Under the pieces are notes generated by a model, which was not told the origin of the DNA, did not search any database, and worked only from the letters and a program-made list of their open reading frames with translations. Below are positions 1 through 12,239 of a stretch of DNA of 64,000 nt, piece by piece (positions within the stretch are counted from its first letter, which is position 1; the number at the start of each line of letters is the position of its first letter). The translations under genes and the position numbers were made by a program. This stretch comes from Laetmonice hystrix (Eukaryota), in contig OZ249445.1 of NCBI GenBank assembly GCA_965235115.1, positions 19,406,001 through 19,470,000 on the forward strand. The letters are read 5' to 3'.

Positions 1-520
1 GACTGTTGATGTAGAAACTGGACTGTCATACATATTCTGACCAACCTTCATCCCCCAAACGTATTCTGCAGTAAACGACCGTAAGTTCTGCTGGTGCTAT
101 GGTCACACGGACATCAAAAAGATGCCAGAAATCAGATAAATTCACATTCTTATCGAACCTGAACCGAACCCATTCATCATAATCAGGCGAACCTGTCGCA
201 CCCTAAACCCGATCCTTCACCATTCACCTTCAATAGATACTTCGTCTGCCCTGCTCGTCAAGTCGGCAACACAACCCTCAGATAACTGCCACCATGTACA
301 TATTCAATATCTGATGAAATTTCAACTTGACCTGAAATTACGTTGGCGGAGAGAGGGGTAAGATTGCGCTTACATGAGTTCACGTGTTTTCAATTTCAAA
401 TCGCATTCTGCTGGATATGAGTTAGTGGAACATCTTGGTGAACTGAGATGAGCGATTTCTATTTCCCCCTCAGCCACTTACACCAACTACATACAGGCAG
501 ATGGTACTGATATTTCACGC

Positions 521-537
521 CCACTAGGGGGCAGCAC
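521..537 (+). promoter_or_regulatory. CTCF-type motif CCACTAGGGGGCAGCAC
   Basis: Exact match to the core CCASYAGRKGGCR. Confidence 0.55.
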
Positions 538-668
538 TCGTAGCCCAGTGGTGATGATCGGGGGTCGAAGGTCAAAGATCAAAGCCCAACTGGAGTTATT
601 TGACCTTTCGTAGCAACCACTGCTTTGGACAAATTCTCCCTTGACTTCTTTGATATGCGAACTTCTTA

Positions 669-738
669 GCAGGAATGTACCATGATATAGCATGGTTTAG
701 GTATTTCGCAGGAATGTACCATGATATAGTTTAGGTAT
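669..738. repeat. Short imperfect direct duplication, period 39 (gcaggaatgtaccatgatatag...tttaggtat x2)
   Basis: Copies start at 669 and 708. Confidence 0.85.
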
Positions 739-1031
739 CTCTACCAACGCGACTTTGGATTACAAATCATATAATCGATTATCGAAATTTACAGAGTATC
801 ACAGACAACCAGGATGACTTCTCCTATTGATGTAACTATGACAGCAATAATGGAACCTTATAATATTCTGCATCCTTTATGCCTAAAATGAACTGCTTCG
901 TTCTCACAAACGATTTCGGATTACGGATGTTTTTATCCGTGAACATCGGGCCCTTGAAACAAATGGAGCCGTTTCATTTTGTATATTTCCGTCGGTTTCA
1001 TTTCACAACATTTCATTCCGCCAACCACCAC

Positions 1032-1102
1032 CTGATCCCAGACCGCCGGGGTGTCCGTGCTCGGCGGTGGACCCATGTCGGCACCCATGTCGGGTCCTTT
1101 AG
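1032..1102 (-). CDS. Candidate next exon after the LDLa exon (P)KGPDMGADMGPPPSTDTPAVWDQ, possible linker
   Basis: GC-rich patch with mostly G/C-ending codons. Acceptor caaacag|, donor CAG|GTGGTG. The phase-1 start fits the LDLa exon end. No domain match. Confidence 0.35.
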
Positions 1103-1903
1103 CTGTTTGTTGTTATAAATGACAGAAAAAATGCACCAGGCTAATTTTCCGTCACCGACAACGATGGCAGTCAACACATATCGCGTTTCCAGGCCGTGTG
1201 ATCTTAGACATATACCCGCCTCAGATCAAAGGTCTGGGAATGAGTGGCATGGAAAGGGAGGGGGGGGGGGGTTGTGCCATCTCTCGACCGCCTGTTTATA
1301 TTATGGATCATACTTGGTGAACACCTCCCATACTTGAGGAGTAAACCGAGATGACAACAGGGGCGGGGTTTGGTTACTACAGGGGCAAGGTATTTCACCC
1401 CCATCCCCACCCCCTCCTGGCAGGGCGGAATGGGGTGAGGGACCTAAGCTTTATCTTATCATTCTCCCACAGAAGACGATGAGAAACTCTAGGTAGATGC
1501 TTGATAAACTGGCGGAGGAAATGCGACTGGCGACATCGTCTTTGTCTTGCTATCTGTTGTTTGCCGTGTTTGTCCGGGTGTTTTTGTCAGATAAGTGGAA
1601 ACAGGATGTGTTGTGGTCTTCGGATGCTTCCAAGACAAAACAACTTACAAAGAGGTTCATTCTCAGATATAAGCGGAACCAGCGGCACCTATAGCAGTTC
1701 CTCAACCATTTTGTTCACGGAATACATTTCTAAGCATTTAGGACAATTAGAAAGTATTTCTTTATCTGCTTGTTTATCTATTCCTTTCTTTATTTGAGGT
1801 TCAAACCTGCACTGGTTATATTGCACATCGCTTCTGATGTACTAAGGAAACGATACGACATTCTTTTGATCGCCTTGTAACAATATGTGTGGTAAAAACT
1901 CAC

Positions 1904-2050
1904 GGCATTGTTGTTCGTCGGTACCCTTCTCACAGTCGAGGTCCTTGTCACAGACCCAGTGTTGTGGGATACACGTACACTCGCCACGCGCCGTCGGCTC
2001 GCATTGAAACAGGTGGCGGGGACAGATACACGGCAGGCTGGAGCCAGCAC
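1904..2050 (-). CDS. Internal coding exon encoding one LDL-receptor class A (LDLa) module, 8-Cys variant; host gene not identifiable
   Basis: Translates (G)AGSSLPCICPRHLFQCEPTARGECTCIPQHWVCDKDLDCEKGTDEQQC, matching C-x4-F-x-C...CIP-x2-W-x-CD-x3-DC-x2-G-x-DE-x2-C. Acceptor ttgtttggttgtttgcag| at 2051+, donor |GTGAGT at 1903-1898. 147 nt, symmetric phase 1-1, as is typical of LDLa exons. Confidence 0.93.
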
Positions 2051-2204
2051 CTGCAAACAACCAAACAACAGGTCAAACTCGGTTTGACAGGGGTAGGGGG
2101 GTTAGTAATAAAACAGGTGGCGGGGACAGATACACGGCAGGCTGGAGCCAGCACCTGCAAACAACCAAACAACAGGTCAAACTCGGTTTGACAGGGGTAG
2201 GGGG
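2007..2204 (-). repeat. Exact 94-bp tandem duplication (2007-2100 = 2111-2204) of the LDLa splice acceptor plus first 44 nt of the exon
   Basis: Direct comparison shows identical sequence with period 104. Confidence 0.95.
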
Positions 2205-5200
2205 AGTAATATAATGATGGCGCCAGCACCTGCTATAACTACACAAGTCACCTTCTGATCGAGTCAGCGGGAGCGGGGATTATTAGAGAGTTAATGGGAC
2301 GGGGGAGTCACAACATGCAACCATATCCAAATATGTAGGCCTACATGACAGGGAGCATTCCGATTACTGGGTCAGTAGATTCACTATGGGTCACTTTGAT
2401 AGGCTGGTGCCTTGGTGTACATCTTATACCAGTGCTTTTCACTTATAGTAGAGATTGTTCCCCAGGGCCCGCCTGGGGAATACGATGAGAATGGCGTTCA
2501 TGGACAAAGCAATCAAAAGGAGGCCTGTATGGTCGCCTCATACAACATTCCTGGGATCATACAGCACACTACCAGTGGTCACACTGACCGGATTCAGTCA
2601 CACACAGGTCACATCCCACTCAACAGCCAACAATAGATTTTGAAGTTGTATCTCTAGTACAATGTCCCTCCCTTTGAACCCCACCCCAACCAGCAAATCA
2701 TGAGGCAATCCTAGTCAGATCTAAGTCAGTGAGTGAGTCAGTCATTCAGTGTGGTCATCCTGGCCCAGACTACCGGAGCCTGAGGTCAATTATCACCAGT
2801 CAGTCGGTCTATACCGCCTGGCACAAACTGATATATCTGCGCCAAAACGCCATAATTTCCCTATCCCGATGTATTTGTGTGCCCATGTGGTCATGAGGCT
2901 GCTGCTATTTAATAAATAATAAACCACAAATGAAACCAATCGGAACTGTTGAGCGATTATCTGGTCGGCTTAACTCCGGTTTGGTTCTAATTTACATAAC
3001 TTTACTGGGGAGACATTGATTATAAACTCTTCCTAAAATATGAGACATCTTATACGCCAACGATTGATGTTTCTCTTCTCCACCGTTTTCACATACTTAG
3101 ATACCTAACCTTTTTTCCCATATCAACCTGTACCAAGTTTCATTTACTCTAGCAGCTGTAATACTTGAATAACGATTTCTTCTTCCAAGGGTTCTCCCTA
3201 ACTTGTCAGGGGATATATTGCCTGCACAGTTTGTTTTCGAGATTACACTTTTCGCACCAGTGTCGTTTTGATGCATACATACTTTATACACCACCTGCTG
3301 TGGGCATTCTGGCAATGACTCAAAACGTTATGTTTCGAACACAGCTTTACTTTTTACCACCCAACCTGGGAAGAGGTGGGTGGAACCCCTATGGCAGCAA
3401 CTCCACAGAAGTTGGTGGTAAGAAAAATCTACCCCTTTCTAGCTAATTTCTAGCCCCTAATCCTAACCCTTAGCCTCGGTCTGTAGACCTTACCAAAAAC
3501 TTATCTCCATTCCGAGCCCAGCCCCTAACTCTACCGCCTACCTCCAATCTGGTGGGAATGTTAGCACGGGGAATAACCTCTCGGAGCGGGAGGGGGTATG
3601 ATAAGGGACCTTCCATCATATTGGGTCAGCTCCTCATCACTTCCATTATATGATGCATCATCATGCAACGAGGCCGTGGTCGATACAACATCACAATTAT
3701 AGAATGAGCGACCCTATCTGAAATCTATCGTTACGGGAAATAATAGTAGCATTATGTGAGGGAAACATAATGTCAACCCTCCATAACACCTCTAGGGTGA
3801 AATATTGACTGACAGTTTTACTGTTGTTGCAACAATTAAAAGTCATGCCGCATGGAAAATTATCAACAGGCCTTTTTTAACATGCCCAAAAGCACTGATT
3901 TTTTTCTTTATGAGAATCAGTACTCCAAATTAAACAATCTGAAAAAGTGCAGACCATATACTTTATGTTCAGGTTATCCGTAGGTTCACCACTTTACAAT
4001 CCTAAGATAAAAAACTACTGTGCCGGCCCATTGTTTTTTCATAGTTTAAAGAAGAATATGACAGCTGCTTCCTATCTCCTGGGCTAGATAATGCCTGGGG
4101 TGAAAATGTCATCTTATGATGCCTGCTGCTGCACATAAAACTATTTACAAATCTTAACAACGTACACAAATTTAGTACCATACTAATTCTCGCTGTAATG
4201 TTCATAAAAACAACTATTGCATTATTCAAAACCATACGCGTTTATAGGTCAATGATATCGGATTTTTTTCTCCAATGAATAAGTCGCCACTTACTAAATC
4301 CCCCTGACATAGAAAAGGGCACACGACTCCTTTACTCCACACCACTTTTATTTTTTGCTTGGAGGACATTGTATTGGTACTGATGTTGGTACTAATAGTA
4401 TAAGATTTTCCCATGTACATGTACGTTTCTAACATTACATTAAAGGAGATCTATTGATTGACAAACGTCTGAGAACACTTAGTGTATTCTGATGCTTCCT
4501 CACTTCCAGAACAAATGATGTGATGTGACAGCATGGCTCCAAACAAAAGATGCAACTTTTGCCGGTAGTTATTGGAAAGACCCTTCCTGCGGCAACACTG
4601 GTCTATTAAATCTATTAAATCTATTAAATGACAGAGAGGGCTGGAGATAAGACTGAAGAAAAGCTGGTACTCCATCGACAGACTCTTGCCAAGTTAACAG
4701 TGAATAAATTGCTGACTTTAAAACAAGGCTCTCTATCTAGATCAAAGTGTCCGTAGATGTTTCTCGGATAATTGGCCTGGCGTATTAAAAACCATTGTAA
4801 TGGCCCTCAAACAAACATCATACTTGGATAAATCTCCATTACTGTCATAGATAATTCAATGGCGTTTTGAAGTCGACTAAATTCTATGGCTGATATTGGA
4901 TCTATGATGAAAATTAAGACAAAGGACTAAGCGTTTTCAAACAAAAGTATAACATTTTTCATTATGGTTAATTTCTCTTGACCAAAGACTGTGATTTGGT
5001 GACATCACATGGAATGGTTTCTTGTTTTCTGCATCAATAAATCCGAATATGTTTTCAATAATTAATAGATAAAGTTAATCAAGTCGGAGAATGACTATTT
5101 CAAATCAGGGATGTCTTCCATGTAAATATCTCAAACATTGTATCAAAATAAAAAGATTAGGACAATGGTTCTCTAAAATTGCGTCCGACACAAAAAGGAC

Positions 5201-5476
5201 ATTAAATTGAGCTACACCAACATCGTTTGAATAAATGACATTTCTCGTCTGCATGTGTGAGTGCACACATATTTTTCTACATTAATTATTCCTCTGAATG
5301 GTTCCATCAGAGAGAACGTAAATGTTCACAAAGACGGAAGCAAATCGTTTCAAACTGAAACTGCACCTTCCAAAATTAATTATCTCTTGACATACTTGAA
5401 AACAAACTTTGAGGTGACCTACTCAATCTAATCAACTCCCTACAAACAGTTACTCGGGCAGTGATCCCTGGTTACC

Positions 5477-6339
5477 AGTCAGGGAGGTTAGCTAGCTGTT
5501 ACTGAGGATCGGTCAGAAGTCAGGAAGGTTAGCTAGCTGTTACTGAGGATCGGTCAGAAGTCAGGGAGGTAAGTCAGGGAGGTTAGCTAGCTGTTACTGA
5601 GGATCGGTCAGAAGTCAGGGAGGTTAGCCAGCTGTTACTGAGGATCGGTCAGAAGTCAGGAAGGTTAGCTAGCTGTTACTGAGGATCGGTCAGAAGTCAG
5701 GGAGGTAAGTCAGGGAGGTTAGCTAGCTGTTACTGAGGATCGGTCAGAAGTCAGGGAGGTTAGCTAGCTGTTACTGAGGATCGGTCAGAAGTCAGGGAGG
5801 TTAGCTAGCTGTTACTGGGGATCGGTCAGAAGTCAGGGAGGTTAGCTAGCTGTTACTGAGGATCGGTCAGAAGTCAGACAGGTTAGCTAGCTGTTACTGA
5901 GGATCGGTCAGAAGTCGGACAGGTTAGCTAGCTGTTACTGAGGATCGGTCAGAAGTCAGACAGGTTAGCTAGCTGTTACTGAGGATCGGTCAGAAGTCAG
6001 GGAGGTTAGCTAGCTCTTACTGAGGATCGGTCAGAAGTCAGGAAGGTTAGCTAGCTGTTACTGAGGATCGGTCAGAAGTCAGGGAGGTTAGCTAGCTGTT
6101 ACTGAGGATCGGTCAGAAGTCAGGAAGGTTAGCTAGCTGTTACTGAGGATCGGTCAGAAGTCAGGGAGGTTAGCTAGCTGTTACTGAGGATCGGTCAGAA
6201 GTCAGGGAGGTTAGCTAGCTGTTACTGAGGATCGGTCAGAAGTCAGGGAGGTAAGTCAGGGAGGTTAGCTAGCTGTTACTGAGGATCAGTCAGAAGTCAG
6301 GGAGGTTAGCTAGCTGTTACTGAGGATCGGTCAGAAGTC
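5477..6339. repeat. Minisatellite, 41-bp unit gttagctagctgttactgaggatcggtcagaagtcagggag, about 20 copies, three with a 13-bp insertion
   Basis: Period 41 (5487 to 5528). Insertion gtaagtcagggag near 5570, 5705 and 6250. Confidence 0.97.
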
Positions 6340-9300
6340 CTCCTCTACCTGTTGGGACGATTAGCATGCCAGCTTGCAAGACGGTCCCGACTTTAACAAG
6401 TTCTACTTGGTCTTTTGATCCTCATACGGCAAACACCATGGTTGGTGGTGCGGGGGGGGGGGGGGGTCATGTAGATCTTACACTAGGCTCCCCTATGATC
6501 ATCACATTCATAGATATCGAACTCTCTCCTGGTAAATCATAGAAGGCTCTTTGCTTCTCACACAACGGAGAACAAAGGAACCCCAGAATAAATTCAAGGT
6601 CCGCCTCTGCTTTATCTTAAAGACTCCTTACAACCTTTGACGTGGCTTTAGTCCTTGACTGCAGTGACACACACGAGGATCTGGCCGTGAAAAAGATCTA
6701 CTTTCGTTCTTTGTGGCAGTAAGTAACACCTCTCATGTCTGTTTGATACCAGTCTCAGATTGACTGGGAACTACAACTTACATCACACCGAGCCGAACGG
6801 ATGCATGCAGCCAAAGACTGCTACTCATTGTCCGGACACAAGGTGACATGGACCCCAACCTCAGAGTTCTTCAACCACACGCAAACCGGATTATACTTAA
6901 AGATGACACTGCAGGGCAGTTCTGAGTCCTTAATTTGGTACGTACTGAAGCTGAAGGCCAATATCCAGTGACAATCAAAGAGATCGATGTAAGCTTTAAA
7001 CGCACGCAGGGATCCAAGGACACGGAACGATTCTAGTCAAGATCTTGGTGCAAATTACATTGAAAATTATTTCATCACGAATGGGTACAGGTTATGATTA
7101 TGATTCCCGGCATTCTAGAAATTGATAAAGCAACTGCTAGTGATCTTTTGATTGGATTTGGATACTGCTGACAGCTCCGAACAGACATGTCCTAAAAACA
7201 CATAATGTAAGAAAGACATCTATCTGCAAGACTATATGTTTAGATAAATCTATCAGTTTTCATCCTAGCCTTCCTGGAACATTTAACACACAAAAAATAC
7301 ATGTGATGGCCACGCAGGAATGCAATGTTCTATAGTGTATCCCCTCTAACTGTCCTTAGCAATAACCGAGCCGAACACGGGAGCCGGGATTGTAAGTGAA
7401 ATCAGTCTAAGTGATCAGTAAAACATCTGGAGCCGAGAAACCCATTGCGCATCCACTCACCGTCACCATACAGCTACATGTTCAGTCAGTATGCGGCCCC
7501 ATCCCTACCGGTACCGGAGGGACCTCTCTCTATCTGCTCTCTCTGTCTCTATCCATTCCCCGGCCTCATCATCCCTTTTATACACGTACACCCACTACCG
7601 CCAGTCTCTCTCACATCATTTTGTCATTCAAACTTCCTATCGGCACAAGCCTCTTTTTTTTATACCTGCAGGGACCTTTACCTCTGGCCACATATAGACA
7701 AAGGTTTCATTTAACTTCCCATATTGAGTTAACTTGAGTTCGTTGACAAATGTCCCCGTCAACTCCTTCTGGCTAGTTGAGGTTAAGTCAGCCTCGGCTG
7801 CCGCCTTTACCGACGCTACTCCTCCTGCTGAAGTCACTGAAAAACTTCTCTTTTTCTTTGAGCCTTTTTCCCTGCGGGGCAAAAATTAATGTTGTGTCCC
7901 CCAACTTCCTCCTGAACCCGCCTACCCTGGGGGGACTTTCGGCCCCGAGCTCAAAGGATGTTTTTCTTGTTCAGTTCCTTCTCGTGTCAAAGCTTCCTGG
8001 GGGTTGCCAGGTGCCGATGGAGGTTTTTGTGTAGTAATGCTAATGGCATTCGTGTCCTTTGTAATCTACTCTGCCAAGAGTTGTGGTGGTGGGCCTCGTC
8101 AAGACCCGCCTGAGACATTCCCACAGAGGTGTTCGGCCGACTGGTTGCTAACAGCATTAGTTCCAGCTCCGCTGGGATCTTTTGCTTTGACATTTGTGGC
8201 AAGGTGCAAGAAACTCACACGCAACATACTGTATACACTCAACATCTGTAGCCTGAATATATATCATTATATATGTCTCAAGGAAGTGGATAACTCAGAG
8301 CATGTACTTCCCTCAGATGTGATAATCTATTAATGCCCCATGTCTCTGAGGCAGCACATGCCCCACAGAGGAGATATGTGTTCTACCTTTTATATTGTCA
8401 TCCCACATCATATGCTAATACCTGTTAGGTCTCTCACTTCAAAGTAACTTAGTTTGTTCAAAGCCAAAGTGGGTGCGGTGTGCAGTATAAAAGATGTCTT
8501 GTGCTTAGATATATTCAAAGGGCAGCAGACTTATCTTTCCACTTTTCAACTAAGCTGACTGCCTCTCTTAGGAAAAACTCTCGAATCCAGGGGAAAAGGA
8601 TTAATTTCAAGTTCATCTAAAAAGAAATCAAACACGTCTGAAGCTAAGGGCTAAGTTAGAACACGAACAAGCGTTGCTAAAATATCAATGCTAAGGTTCG
8701 CTATAAATACAAGAAAGCCGGATTAGCATGTCTCGAGGCAAACGTCTGATGTAGCTGATGGAAGCTCACAAAACTCTCTCAAATTACAGGTTCATGTAAG
8801 GGATAATACCGGCTTCCTTCCGTGGGATGAAAATGTGGCTGGCTGCTGCGTATTCAGGAATCAGCCCCAAGGTGAAAGTGATCTCGGCTGTCTAGCAATA
8901 TGCTCGTACGTACTTACTGCCTCCAGCCATGTGTTTAGTACTAGAAGGACATAAAGGATGTCCTTCCACCAGACAGCAGAGACGGAGGTTGGGGGGGGGG
9001 GGGGGTAAAAACTATAAAAACGACTATAAACTTTAATCGAGGATTTCGGGGAACCCTAGAAAAATGTTCTTCGCTCATAAACTTATTTTTGGTTCTGTTT
9101 CTTTAAATATGACGGACTGAAAATGTATAACTTCCATTTTAAAGAGATACACCGTTATACCGGTTAAAGATTTCCTCCACGGAATACTTAGTGCAACAGT
9201 TTTACCATAATAAAGTATACTGATGCACTGTGATACCAGGGATACACTCTGGTCACCTGGGACACCTTGTGGAAACATGGGACATCGGTACTGATACTGG

Positions 9301-9457
9301 TGAGTGGTATACAAGGCCCGGCGGCGCTCAGCCAGCCGCGCTGGTGGCGACATTACGAAACATCACGCCGGCTCTTCAGCCACCGAGCAAGAAACGTTCG
9401 CTTCTTTGGCCACACTATACAATAAACAGGTCGTCGGGTGCTCATAAGATAAAAGTA

Positions 9458-9528
9458 AAGTTTCTCCCTGATGTAACTCAAGTTTCTCCCTGAAGTACCT
9501 CAAGTTTCTCCCTGATGTACCTCAAGTT
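9458..9528. repeat. 22-bp tandem repeat x3 (aagtttctccctgatgtacctc)
   Basis: Directly visible. Confidence 0.9.
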
Positions 9529-10354
9529 CAAGGCACGACGATAACTCTAGTCAGCATCACTTTCCTGAAATGGTCATTCCACCTTCAGCCGACTGATCAT
9601 GACTGATTTTGTCGCTGTATGCCTACTTCCGGCTACATATTGTGTGTTTGAGCGCTAAATCTATTTACACGTGCTGCTCCTGTCTTTAATTTCCTCAAAT
9701 CAATGTCTTAAGCGCTGCTCCTCCTCTGAAACATTAAAGGCATTTACGAATGATTCAACCATGAACGTTTCAATCACGCCGTATGACTGCCTGTGTAATT
9801 ACCTAGATATGTCCTATTCTCCTTAACTATTTGTAAGAAACAAATGCACATTATCGGAAAACTTCAAGACGTAATCTTTACGTGTGAACGAGTCAGATTA
9901 ATCTCATGAACGAGGCGCATCTTCAATTCATAAACTAATGTCTAGCGTCTCCAACTGAAACTGTGTTCATCTATTCTTTTAATCCGTTTGGAACGCCACT
10001 TACTGGATTAAACGGTAAACTATCCCGAATTAAGTTGGAACTAGTTAAATTAGGTCTGCAAAAAGATCCTTCGCATACTGGCAATAAGTACATTAAATAT
10101 CTCTCTCGAATTCTTCAATTACGTCAATAATTTAAAATAAAAACTTGGTCTGACCGAATACATTGCATCATTGTAAATCCTTTATTCTGTTAACTTGTTC
10201 TACTGAGAATTAATCGTTGATAAGTTCGTAAAGCCAGGTCAGATGTTTCCTTTATAAAGGCAGTTAATGTTGCCTTCCGTCATAACTGGAGAAGCCAACG
10301 GATAAAGATCATCTTTCATAACAATGAATTCGGTGATGATGACCCCATTTTTTT

Positions 10355-10465
10355 TGTTGAGCCTGAGCTCGGGGGACCTGGCTCAAACTCCCGGCTGGCC
10401 ACAAACCTAATCTAATCAACTCCCTACTACAAACAGCTAATATGTGCAGACCCCGATCCCAGAGC
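10355..10465 (+). mobile_element. Degenerate tRNA-derived SINE-like fragment; body shared with 5425-5449
   Basis: ggggacctggctcaaactcccggctggcc resembles a tRNA T-arm/box B. The following aatctaatcaactccctac (10409-10427) is an exact 19-mer also found at 5425-5443. Confidence 0.35.
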
Positions 10466-11470
10466 AGGATTTAGACTGCCAACTGATCCTGTCAATCTCT
10501 GGGCACTGGTTCAGCCCTATCTCCTATCTACAGTACCGGGGAGTACATCCTAGATATATCAGTATCACTTCAGGCCAATTAAAGGATGGAACTCACGAGT
10601 TAACTACCATCATCGTTATCATGATCACAGTACAAATCCCACTGGACTCGTTCATGCTACTGACAACTGTAAACCTATGTATCAGCAGGATGGCCACCAA
10701 TCATAATATCATAAATGATACAAAGATAAAGTCTGTGGGGAAAGAATTCCAGCCCAACGTTTTCATTATTCAGACGACCCTAGAGACTGCACCACAACCA
10801 TTACCTACCGCTAACTCTGCCACCACTCACTAGATGTCACTACTTCCTAATCAGTGGCCAGGTATACCTCGATCACTGGGGAAGGTTGCCCACAGATCAT
10901 GACATGGCAGGCTAATGTTTCAGCGCGAAACTTGGCATTTGCTATTTCTCTTGTTTTCAGTGTTGGAAGTCGGTCCGTCCATCTCTCTTTATGTCCCCAT
11001 CAATCCCCCCCCCCCCCCCACCACGGCCTCGTTATGTTCACTCACGATTCGTTCATTGTCTCTGAACGCTTCTGGTATAACATTACAGTGAACAGATGAG
11101 GTGTGGCGACCCTTGACTTTAAACTCTGAACAATTCCCAATCTGCATGGCAATTAACTGGCAAAGAGAAATACCACCAAAAAAACGCACCCCCAAAAAAA
11201 CGAGAAAACAAAATACGTCAACTGAAGTAGTAAAAAGTAACCCTTGTAGTGACTTGCCTGGTGATACATGAAAGATGTAACCTCCGAATATGATATCACT
11301 CAACCATTGAGGTATTCACATAACCACAGCACATAAATATATTCCGTATAACTCCCAACCAGCTTGCCATACTTTAGTACCCTCCAAATATGTCGACACT
11401 GTTGTAAATCCACCTGCTTTAAGTGCGTGAACGCGGCACAGATAATCCATTTATCTCTGCGGTTTCCCAC

Positions 11471-11525
11471 CTGGCCAATCCTCTTGGTAGCCGAACTGTT
11501 GCTGATCCATACTTGTCCTTAGTTC
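11471..11525 (-). CDS. Candidate 55-nt exon ELRTSMDQQQFGYQEDWP(G)
   Basis: Good acceptor ctgtcctgttctgcag|, donor CAG|GTGGGA. Ends in phase 1, compatible with the LDLa exon. No homology recognised. Confidence 0.3.
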
Positions 11526-12172
11526 CTGCAGAACAGGACAGACTTATCTTTATCTTTACGTCGCCGGTTCCTACAACCTGCTCTAGATGTCCGTTAGAGA
11601 ATCTCCCTCCATCCGGTACAATAACAGCACCTAACCGCCTGAACTCCTCCAATATTCCTCCCCTCCCGTGATTTTTCTCATTGACCAATCAGTTCAGCGC
11701 TGCAGCAGATTGGCCGATATTTTACGCCAAGCAACAGAAACAGCAATCAGGTCCTCATAGCCGGATTGCAATTAGAATTGTTTTTTTTTTGTTTTTTCAC
11801 TTCTTTTAGTCGTTCTCAAATTTAACCAGGACTTTCACAGCTCAATATCGACTAAAAGTGCATGGGAAGCAATTTGCTCAATATTTTAGCAAACGCGTGG
11901 AACAGACACATTTAGTTCCGTCTTAGTCTCACTCCGAGTTCGTCTTCTCTCTGCACGTAATTCTGTTTATTTAAGCTAGTACTATTCCCTTCCAAAATAT
12001 ATAAGGAACAGACGTAAACCATGTTGATCATAGAGTGAGATTATGGGATGAATTCACAGTTCACTATAGGTTCTAAGGACATGATAACAAACAGTGGTTG
12101 GAACCAAAAAACATGGTCCTTGTTACATTTCATGTATGATGATGGATCTAAACGTGTAGAATAAACACATAC

Positions 12173-12239
12173 CTGCCAATCATTGCAGTGTAGGCGAACA
12201 ATGCCAGACTTTGTTCGTACACCAGACCTTTCGTAAACA
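12173..12239 (-). CDS. Candidate 67-nt exon (VYERSGVRTKSGIVRLHCNDWQ or xFTKGLVYEQSLALFAYTAMIG)
   Basis: Strong donor CAG|GTATGT, acceptor tatttaaatag|. Lies within a 137-codon open frame. Reading frame ambiguous. Confidence 0.25.

Noticed and set aside
3440-3545. cctaatcctaaccct telomere-like motif
   Set aside because: One or two degenerate units only, not an interstitial telomeric array.
6623-6842. Plus-strand exon pair with a GTAAGT donor at 6719
   Set aside because: The implied intron is only 34 nt, and the peptides are unrecognisable.
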